From positions 21,698-85,697 of the forward strand of contig JANSYK010000005.1 in NCBI GenBank assembly GCA_024742485.1: a stretch of DNA of 64,000 nt, in the 5' to 3' direction. Under the pieces are notes generated by a model, which had not been told where the DNA came from, searched no databases, and saw only the letters and a list, made by a program, of their open reading frames with translations. Below, piece by piece: positions 45,919-53,345 of this stretch (within the stretch, counting starts at the first letter, position 1; every line of letters begins with the position of its first letter). The stretch comes from Alphaproteobacteria bacterium (lineage in GTDB: Bacteria > Pseudomonadota > Alphaproteobacteria > Rhizobiales > Rhizobiaceae). Position numbers and translations under genes: made by a program.

Positions 45919-46268
45919 TGGCCCTCATTTCTTCACACACGCTGAACGGTGTTGACGGAACCCATGCTGCAGGCGTGGCGGTTGTTTTGAAGAACCTTGT
46001 CAGCGGCGAGATCCTGTTCGAAACGGCAACGGACAAGGGCGGGCGGTTGGCTGAGAGCGTTGTCATTGATGGCAATGATCCCGCGATGCAATACGAGTTA
46101 TGCTTCAAGGTCGGGCCCTATTGGGAGAGGCGGGGATGCAATCCCGCTCCGATTGCCAGGGAAGTCGTGTTCCGGTTTCTGATGCCGGTTTCTTCGGCGC
46201 GGTACCACATCCCTGTCATTCTTTCTCCCAACAGCTATACATGCTGGGTGTCGAACCCGGTGGAATGA
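45918..46268 (+). CDS. Transthyretin / 5-hydroxyisourate-hydrolase-family protein with atypical C-terminus
   Basis: 116 aa. Family pattern SSHTLNGVDGTHAAGVAV...GGR...YHIPVILSP. Ends SYTCWVSNPVE instead of YRGS. The ATG overlaps the upstream stop (TAATG). Confidence 0.75.
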   Translation: MALISSHTLNGVDGTHAAGVAVVLKNLVSGEILFETATDKGGRLAESVVIDGNDPAMQYELCFKVGPYWERRGCNPAPIAREVVFRFLMPVSSARYHIPVILSPNSYTCWVSNPVE

Positions 46269-46558
46269 CCGGATGGGTCGAGGCGGTGACAGCTCCAACA
46301 GGTCGGCCAAAATGCAATCATGGATTTTGTGCCAACTGGTGGGCCGCCGGCGTTGTTGGCTTTGGCGAACGCCGTCCCGGACGGTCGGTTTTCTCAGCGC
46401 CTTTATTGTCGGGACCCTGACCATCGTTCTGTCGCAAAAGCGTCAAATGGAGCTGGAGAGGTGTTGACCAAACCGGCATGATTTGAGCGCACCAACAAAT
46501 TCGGTGGCCGTCACTGTTGTCATGTTTCTGACAAGAAGTGAAACGGCTCAGAGTGTCG

Positions 46559-47440
46559 TCAAAGCTTGTTGACCGGTGTTTTCAATATCATGTTGCCGTC
46601 ATCGTCCTTGGGCACTTCACCCCCACGCATGTTGACCTGAAGCGACGGAAGAATGAGTTTCGGCACCGAAAGCTGTGCGTCGCGCTCCGTACGAAATGCA
46701 ATGAACTCCTCACGGGTCCTGTTGCCTCCGACATGGATGTTGCTGGCTTTTTGTTCGCCGACCGTTGTTTCCCAGGCTATGGTCCGTCCGCCGGGCCCGT
46801 AATCGTGGCAGATGAACAGCCGTACTTCATCCGGCAGGGACAGTATCAGTTGGATTGAGTCGTAAAGCTGACCCGCATCGCCGCCGGGAAAATCTGCGCG
46901 CGCCGATCCGCCGTCAGGCATGAAGAGCGTATCGCCCGCGAAGGCCGCGTCGCCGATCACATGCACCATGCAGGCCGGTGTGTGGCCGGGCGTATGCAAT
47001 GCCACGCAGCGCATGGCGCCAACCTGATAAGTGTCGCCGTCGGAAAAGAGCCTGTCGAATTGCGAACCGTCGCGCTGGAACTCGGTGCCTTCGTTGAAGA
47101 TTTTGCCAAATGTGTCCTGCACAGTTTGCACGTGCTCGCCAATGCCGATCTTGCCGCCAATCTGCTGTTGAATATACGGCGCTCCGGACAGGTGATCAGC
47201 ATGGACATGGGTTTCGATGATCCAATCCAAACTCAGGCCGCTTTCCTTGATGAAGGCGATGATCCTGTCCGCACTTTCGAAGGTGAGACGACCCGGCGCC
47301 GGATCGAACTCCATCACAGGGTCGATGACCGCACAGGCGGTGCTGCCGGGATCCCTGACAACATAGCTGATGGTGTTCGATTGGTCGTCGAAAAAGCCGA
47401 CGACCTCGGGTTTGACAGAAAGATCAACAGGCGGGATCAT
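46559..47440 (-). CDS. MBL-fold metallohydrolase, persulfide-dioxygenase (ETHE1/Blh)-like
   Basis: THVHADHLSG metal motif and HTPGHTP. ATG at 47440 is 8 nt after AAGGAGG. The track ORF starts 7 codons earlier, at 47461. Confidence 0.8.
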   Translation of the reverse strand: MIPPVDLSVKPEVVGFFDDQSNTISYVVRDPGSTACAVIDPVMEFDPAPGRLTFESADRIIAFIKESGLSLDWIIETHVHADHLSGAPYIQQQIGGKIGIGEHVQTVQDTFGKIFNEGTEFQRDGSQFDRLFSDGDTYQVGAMRCVALHTPGHTPACMVHVIGDAAFAGDTLFMPDGGSARADFPGGDAGQLYDSIQLILSLPDEVRLFICHDYGPGGRTIAWETTVGEQKASNIHVGGNRTREEFIAFRTERDAQLSVPKLILPSLQVNMRGGEVPKDDDGNMILKTPVNKL

Positions 47441-47618
47441 CAAGGTGGCCTCCTTGTGCATTCGCTGGGGTGCTTAAAACTGGTTTATTCGAGCGTTCAT
47501 TTGTATGTGATGACCCTAACCGCCAATAGGCCAGTTCAACAATGGCGGTAGGCGAAATGGACGACATTGCTTGCAGATGTTTTTACATTCTTTGAGCCGT
47601 TTGATCCGATAGGTTGCA

Positions 47619-48056
47619 TCAGTCTGTCTTCTCGACTTTTTCGACCGGTCCGCCGGACTTTTCCCATGATGCAAAGCCATCTTTCAGGTGTGCTGCTTCA
47701 AATCCCATATCCTGTAGTGTGGCGACAGTCAGAGCCGAGCGCCAACCGGAGGCGCAATGGAAAACAAATTTCTTGTCCGGCTGCGCAAAGACCGTCTTGT
47801 GATAGGGGCTGTCCGGATCGACCCAAAACTCGATCATACCGCGAGGTGCGTGAAAGCTGCCGGGTATATAGCCGGTCCGTTGGCGTTCACGCACGTCGCG
47901 GATATCGACGATGACCACATCGGGATCATTGGCCATCCCGATCAAATCGGTGGTTTCGACCTCTTCAATACGGCTGCGCGCTTCTCGCACCATTTGGTCG
48001 GCTGATTTCTTTAGGGACACAGTTTTTTGTTCCGGTATATTCAATACGCTTCTCAC
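47619..48056 (-). CDS. Single-domain rhodanese (sulfurtransferase)
   Basis: Active-site loop CASGWRS and VIVDIRDVRE pattern. GTG start at 48056. An in-frame ATG at 47993 is an alternative start. Confidence 0.8.
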   Translation of the reverse strand: MRSVLNIPEQKTVSLKKSADQMVREARSRIEEVETTDLIGMANDPDVVIVDIRDVRERQRTGYIPGSFHAPRGMIEFWVDPDSPYHKTVFAQPDKKFVFHCASGWRSALTVATLQDMGFEAAHLKDGFASWEKSGGPVEKVEKTD

Positions 48057-48148
48057 ATAGGGACACAGCGGCCCGTCCGTTGCAACCTGTCCAGAAAGGA
48101 GACCCCTTGAAGGGGAGTGTTCTCAAGCCAACAGGAATCAACCGGTCT

Positions 48149-49423
48149 ATGGGAAGAGAAAATCCGGTCTCCCTTTGGGAGTCCTCGGCGGAAGAGCCTG
48201 ACATACGCAATCCGATGACCGGAGATTCTCAAACCGATGTTGCTGTTGTCGGCGGAGGATTCACGGGCCTTTCCACCGCGCTCCACTGTGCGGAAAGGGG
48301 GCTCGCCGCCCATGTTTTGGAGGCCAGGCAGATCGGCTTCGGCGGCTCCGGCCGAAATGTGGGATTGGTCAATGCCGGTGTCTGGCACCCACCCGCGGCA
48401 GTGCGCAAGAAATTGGGTGATACCTATGGACCACGCTTTATCAAACGTTTTGGCGAAGGCCCGGCAATGGTGTTTTCGCTGATCGAGAAGCACCAGATTC
48501 GTTGTGAGGTCACCAGGACCGGGACGATCCATGCGGCCCATTCACCCGCTGGCCTGCGCGACCTTCAGGCACGATATGACGAATGGCGGGCGTTGGGTGA
48601 CCCCGTCGAACTGCTTTCCCGCGATGAGATGGTCGAGCGAACCGGCACTGGCGCCTTCTTTGGCGGTCTGCTTGATCACCGAGCGGGGACGATCAATCCG
48701 ATGGGATATTGCCGGGGACTGGCACGGTCTGCGCAGGTGGCCGGGGCAACGATCAGCACTGGTATCAGGGTTGTAAACCTGAGCCGTGAAGGAGAGACCT
48801 GGGTTGTCAAAACCGATGGCGGAACCGTTCGCGCAAAACATGTGGTGCTGGGCACCAATGCCTACACGGACGAGCTCTGGCCGGGTTTGAAACGTGTCTA
48901 CACCATGATTCACTATTTCCAGCTGGCGACGAAACCTCTGCAGGCGGACATGTCGCATATTCTGCCGGGGCGCCAGGGTGTGTGGGATACCGGGCAGGTC
49001 ATGTTCAGCCTCCGCCGCGATGCTTGCAACCGGCTGGTCATTGGCTCGATGGGAACAGTTGTCGGCACCGTCGGGCGCGGCCTTTCAAATCGCTGGGCCA
49101 AAAAACGGCTGGCGCGGATCTATCCCGAGCTTGGTCCGGTGGAATTCGAAGAAGCCTGGCACGGCAGGATCGCCATGACACCCGACCACCTGCCGCGTAT
49201 CTATCAGCTGGCTCCGAACCTTTTCACGGCCATCGGCTATAATGGCCGGGGAATCACCACAGGCACCATATTCGGCGAGTGCATGGCAGATCTCGTCTCG
49301 GGCATGGATCCATCCGAACTTCCATTGCCGATCACCGAACTCAGGCCCATGGCCATGGCACCCATTCTGTCTCGCATCTATCAGACCGCCTTTGCAGCCA
49401 ATCAGGTCTTGAAAAGTCTATGA
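48149..49423 (+). CDS. FAD-dependent oxidoreductase (DAO family)
   Basis: SLWESS...DVAVVGGGFTGLSTA dinucleotide fold and GGSGRNVG. ATG at 48149. The track ORF starts at TTG 48080. The stop overlaps the hyuA start (ATGA). Confidence 0.82.
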   Translation: MGRENPVSLWESSAEEPDIRNPMTGDSQTDVAVVGGGFTGLSTALHCAERGLAAHVLEARQIGFGGSGRNVGLVNAGVWHPPAAVRKKLGDTYGPRFIKRFGEGPAMVFSLIEKHQIRCEVTRTGTIHAAHSPAGLRDLQARYDEWRALGDPVELLSRDEMVERTGTGAFFGGLLDHRAGTINPMGYCRGLARSAQVAGATISTGIRVVNLSREGETWVVKTDGGTVRAKHVVLGTNAYTDELWPGLKRVYTMIHYFQLATKPLQADMSHILPGRQGVWDTGQVMFSLRRDACNRLVIGSMGTVVGTVGRGLSNRWAKKRLARIYPELGPVEFEEAWHGRIAMTPDHLPRIYQLAPNLFTAIGYNGRGITTGTIFGECMADLVSGMDPSELPLPITELRPMAMAPILSRIYQTAFAANQVLKSL

Positions 49424-51495
49424 CAAGATTGAACCAGAACAATATCCGGGTCGGCGTTGACATTGGCGGGACTTTCACAGACGTCGCTCTGCAGCATCCG
49501 GGCGGTCTTTCAACCGGCAAGGTGCTGACCAATTACAGCCAGCCCGAACAGGCGATCCTTGACGGTATCACCAGTGTTGCCGCGCAGGCGGGGATCAGTC
49601 CGGGTGAGATTGGTCAGGTGATTCACGGTACGACGCTGGTCACCAATTCACTCATCGAGCGACGTGGCGCAAAAACCGCGTTTGTCACCACCGAAGGCTT
49701 CCGGGACGTGATTGAGATGCGCTCGGAAAACCGGTTCGAACAATACGACCTGAATCTGAAACTGCCGAGGCCACTGGTGCCACGCGAACACCGGTTCACG
49801 TTGAACGAGCGGATGGGACCGGGAGGTGAGGTGCTGCTGTCGCTTGATCCGGCCGAGGTGGCGGCACTGGTCGATTGCATCCGTGACCAGGGCTTTGAAT
49901 CGGTGGCGGTCGGGTTGATGCACGCCTATGCCAATGATGCCCATGAGGTCTTGATCGCCAGTGCATTTCGCGCTGCTCTGCCTGAACTGTCGATTTCCCT
50001 GTCGAGTGTTGTTTCGCCTCAGATGCGCGAGCTGCCGCGCTTCAACACGGTGATTGCCAATGCCTATGTCCAACCGCGGGTTGCCGGTTACCTGCAGCGG
50101 CTGGTGTCAAGGCTTGGTGAGATTGGGGTCACGGCACCGGTCTTCATGGTGCATTCGGGCGGCGGGTTGATTGCGGTCGAAACCGCTGCCGAACAACCAG
50201 TGCGCTTGTTGGAGTCGGGGCCGGCGGGTGGCGCCATCTTTGCCGCCGATTTCGCACGCGCCCACCGTCTGAACAAGGTGTTGAGTTTTGACATGGGCGG
50301 CACAACTGCCAAGATCTGTCTGATCGAGGACGGTGCACCCAAAACGGCAAGCACCTTTGAAGTCGCCCGCACATATCGGTTCAAGAAGGGCTCGGGCATG
50401 ACCGTGTCGACCCCTGTTGTCGAGATGGTCGAGATCGGGGCCGGCGGAGGCTCGATCGCCTCGCTAGACGGGATGGGGCGCATTCAGGTCGGTCCGCGCT
50501 CGGCGGCGTCGGAACCCGGTCCGGCCTGTTACGGGCGTGGTGGCGAGGAACCGACCGTCACCGATGCCAACCTGCTTTTGGGGCGGCTCGATCCGGACAA
50601 TTTCGCGGGCGGCTCGATCAGGCTGTATCCGCAGAACTCATCCGTTGCGGCAAAGAGGCTGTTGCTTTCGACACAAGATGCGGCCTTCGGAATTACCGAG
50701 CTGGTGGACGAGAACATGGCCAATGCCGCGCGGGTGCATGCGGTTGAGAACGGACGCGAGATTGAGCACTTCACCATGATCGCTTTTGGCGGTGGTGCGC
50801 CATTGCATGCCTGTCGTTTGTGCGAAAAACTGGGGATCAGCTCACTGATCATCCCACCGGGTGCGGGCGTTGGCTCGTCCATCGGGTTTTTGAAGGCACC
50901 CTTCAGTTTCGAGGCGACGAGGGGGCTGTTCCAGCGCATGGATCAGTTTGACGCCGAAGCGGTCAATGCGGCGCTTGCGGAGATGGAGACCGAGGCTCAC
51001 GGCTTCGTGGATCAAGGCGCAATGGGGGCGAAAACCGAAATCAGGCTGACGGCCCAGATGCGCTATTCCGGACAGGGTTGGGAGATTCCGGTGGTGCTGC
51101 CGCACCGGAGGTTTGCCGCCGGCGATGTGGATTTGATCCTGGCCGCGTTCGAAAACACGTACCACACGCTATTTGGCCGGACCATCGATGGGTTGCCGGT
51201 GGAAATCACCAACTGGTTGCTGACGGTTTCCACCATCCTTCCGGAGGGGGAGCCGGTGGTGCAGCAGCAGGGCGGCGTGGATGCAGAGGCATTCCGCCAG
51301 CGGCAGTTTTTTGACGCCGCGCTTCGTGCGCAGGTCGATGCGCGCGAAGTGGAGCGGTCGAGCATGTTGCCCGGTTTGGTCGTCGAAGGTCCGGCGATCA
51401 TCATCGAGTCCGAAACCTCGACGATCGTTACCAGCGCCTTCCGCGCGGTCGGGCAGCACGATGGAAGCCTGCTTCTCTTGGCAAAGGAGACCTGA
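49420..51495 (+). CDS. hyuA: Hydantoinase/oxoprolinase family protein, A subunit
   Basis: N-terminus MTRLNQNNIRVGVDIGGTFTDV is the canonical HyuA start. About 690 aa. The track ORF to 49279 overlaps the preceding gene. Confidence 0.88.
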   Translation: MTRLNQNNIRVGVDIGGTFTDVALQHPGGLSTGKVLTNYSQPEQAILDGITSVAAQAGISPGEIGQVIHGTTLVTNSLIERRGAKTAFVTTEGFRDVIEMRSENRFEQYDLNLKLPRPLVPREHRFTLNERMGPGGEVLLSLDPAEVAALVDCIRDQGFESVAVGLMHAYANDAHEVLIASAFRAALPELSISLSSVVSPQMRELPRFNTVIANAYVQPRVAGYLQRLVSRLGEIGVTAPVFMVHSGGGLIAVETAAEQPVRLLESGPAGGAIFAADFARAHRLNKVLSFDMGGTTAKICLIEDGAPKTASTFEVARTYRFKKGSGMTVSTPVVEMVEIGAGGGSIASLDGMGRIQVGPRSAASEPGPACYGRGGEEPTVTDANLLLGRLDPDNFAGGSIRLYPQNSSVAAKRLLLSTQDAAFGITELVDENMANAARVHAVENGREIEHFTMIAFGGGAPLHACRLCEKLGISSLIIPPGAGVGSSIGFLKAPFSFEATRGLFQRMDQFDAEAVNAALAEMETEAHGFVDQGAMGAKTEIRLTAQMRYSGQGWEIPVVLPHRRFAAGDVDLILAAFENTYHTLFGRTIDGLPVEITNWLLTVSTILPEGEPVVQQQGGVDAEAFRQRQFFDAALRAQVDAREVERSSMLPGLVVEGPAIIIESETSTIVTSAFRAVGQHDGSLLLLAKET

Positions 51496-53145
51496 GTGAT
51501 GAGTTCGACGGCAATTGACCATCAGATCATGTGGAGTCGGCTGATCGCGGTCGTTGAAGAACAGGCAACCACGCTGGTCCGGACTGCATTTTCGACCAGC
51601 GTCCGCGAGGCTGGCGACCTTTCGGCGGGGCTATTCGACCAGCAGGGGCGGATGATGGCCCAGGCCGTGACCGGCACGCCGGGTCATGTGAACGCGATGG
51701 CCGAAAGCGTGACCCATTTTGCCGATCGGATCGGCCCCCAAAACACGTTCGAGGGTGATGTCTTCATCACCAATGACCCTTGGCTTGGCACCGGTCATCT
51801 GCATGACATCACCGTGGTGACACCAGTTTTTCGAAAGAACCTGCATATCGGCTATTTTGCCTGTACCGCCCATGTCGTGGACATCGGTGGGCGCGGCTTC
51901 GGGCCGGATGCCAATGAGGTTTACGAAGAGGGTTTGCTTATTCCGATCACCAAATTTGCAGAACGAGGTGACGTGAAGCCGCTCCTGATCGAACTCATTC
52001 GCGCCAATGTACGCACGCCGGATCAGACCGTGGGCGACATGTATTCGCTTGCCGCCTGCAACGAGGCGGGCAACCGGCGGCTCCAGGCCATGATGGATGA
52101 ATTCAACATAGATGATCTGCAGTCGCTTTCGAACTTCGTGATCGAGATCAGCCGCAAGGCAACGCTCGAGGCGATTTCCAAGGTACCGTCCGGGACCTAC
52201 CACGAAACGATGCAGGTGGATGGTTACGACGCACCGGTCCATATGGAAGTCATTCTGACGGTCGATGGTGACGTGCTGACCGCCGACTTCACAGGGACAT
52301 CGGGCATGAGCCGTTTTGGCGTCAATTGTCCTGAGGTCTATACCCGCGCCTATGCCTGTTATGCACTCAAATGTGCCATCGCGCCGCAGGTGCCGAACAA
52401 CACCGGCTCCCTGGAGCCGTTCCGGATTACCGCGCCCGAGGGTTGCATCCTGGCAGCAAAAAGACCTGCGCCTGTTTCGGTTCGCCATGTGATGGGTCAT
52501 CTGGTGCCCGATGTCGTGTTGGGTGCTTTGGACAAGGCGATGCCAGATACCGTTCCAGCAGAAGGCGCGAGCGCACTATGGAACATTCAGATTTCGGCCC
52601 GCGCTTCGGACCCAGCGAGCGGCCTGCCGAATTGCGAGGTGCTCATGTTCAATTCCGGAGGAACCGGCGCGCGACCGGCTCATGACGGTCTGAGTGCAAC
52701 GGCATTCCCGTCGGGCGTGTCTACAATGAGCGTTGAGGCAACAGAGCATGTCGGGCCGATAACGGTTTGGCGAAAGGATCTCCGTGAAGGGTCCGGCGGG
52801 GCAGGCGCGTTCAGGGGTGGGCTCGGCCAGATCATCGAAATCGAACCGCGCGACGGCTACAATTTCTATTTCAACGCGATGTTCGACCGGGTTGAAAACC
52901 CTGCGCGTGGTCGTGACGGAGGGTTGCCCGGTCAGCGGGGTATGGTCGAATTGGCCGATGGAACCAGGCTGCTGTCAAAGGGACGGCAATTGGTCAAGAA
53001 CGGGCAGCGGCTCAGGCTGAGCCTGCCTGGCGGTGGTGGTTATGGCGATCCCAAGACCCGAGACAGGGAAGCAGTGGCAGCAGACCTGGCCGCCGGATAC
53101 ATCACCGCCGACCAGGCAAAGACTGACTACGGATTTGAGACATAG
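51496..53145 (+). CDS. hyuB: Hydantoinase B/oxoprolinase family protein, B subunit
   Basis: 549 aa immediately after hyuA (stop TGA, then GTGATG). AAGGAGA upstream. Hydantoinase_B-like pattern (EGDVFITNDPWLGTGHLHD). Confidence 0.88.
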   Translation: MMSSTAIDHQIMWSRLIAVVEEQATTLVRTAFSTSVREAGDLSAGLFDQQGRMMAQAVTGTPGHVNAMAESVTHFADRIGPQNTFEGDVFITNDPWLGTGHLHDITVVTPVFRKNLHIGYFACTAHVVDIGGRGFGPDANEVYEEGLLIPITKFAERGDVKPLLIELIRANVRTPDQTVGDMYSLAACNEAGNRRLQAMMDEFNIDDLQSLSNFVIEISRKATLEAISKVPSGTYHETMQVDGYDAPVHMEVILTVDGDVLTADFTGTSGMSRFGVNCPEVYTRAYACYALKCAIAPQVPNNTGSLEPFRITAPEGCILAAKRPAPVSVRHVMGHLVPDVVLGALDKAMPDTVPAEGASALWNIQISARASDPASGLPNCEVLMFNSGGTGARPAHDGLSATAFPSGVSTMSVEATEHVGPITVWRKDLREGSGGAGAFRGGLGQIIEIEPRDGYNFYFNAMFDRVENPARGRDGGLPGQRGMVELADGTRLLSKGRQLVKNGQRLRLSLPGGGGYGDPKTRDREAVAADLAAGYITADQAKTDYGFET

Positions 53146-53229
53146 GAGATGACGGCAATCGCACATCTCACCGGCGCGCGGCACCGGGCATCGCACGCCG
53201 ATCGCCATGTGCTGACCTGCAATAGCTCT

Positions 53230-53246
53230 GTGCCACCTGGTGGCAC
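53230..53246. promoter_or_regulatory. Perfect palindrome GTGCCACC-T-GGTGGCAC upstream of the sulfatase operon
   Basis: 17-bp perfect inverted repeat about 96 bp before the ATG at 53342. Has the same GTGCCA-N5-TGGCAC architecture as 61030-61046. Confidence 0.55.
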
Positions 53247-53281
53247 GCTGGCTTTATTGGCTTAGCCTTCGGCTCTCCCTA

Positions 53282-53296
53282 TGGCACACTTTGTGC
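53282..53296 (+). promoter_or_regulatory. Sigma-54-like -24/-12 element TGGCAC-N5-GTGC (alternative reading: a CTATGGCAC operator half-site)
   Basis: TGGCACACTTTGTGC. GG and GC are separated by 10 nt as in the TGGCAC-N5-TTGC consensus. Lies 46 bp upstream of the sulfatase ATG. Confidence 0.25.
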
Positions 53297-53309
53297 GGGA
53301 GGAACCTGA

Positions 53310-53345
53310 ATGTCCGAAACTGCTGCCTCATCGGTGCGCAGATGA
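53310..53345 (+). other. 11-codon leader ORF (MSETAASSVRR) whose stop overlaps the sulfatase start codon
   Basis: GGGAGGA (53297-53303) lies 6 nt before the ATG at 53310. The ORF ends AGATGA, with its TGA (53343-53345) overlapping the sulfatase ATG (53342-53344). No SD lies directly before 53342. Confidence 0.45.

Noticed and set aside
46273-46467. 64-aa plus-strand ORF in the 290-bp gap after the transthyretin-like gene, containing a hydrophobic stretch (VGFLSAFIVGTLTIVLS)
   Set aside because: No SD and a Cys/Arg/Trp-rich N-terminal half. I cannot distinguish it from chance, so it is left as a possible small membrane protein only.
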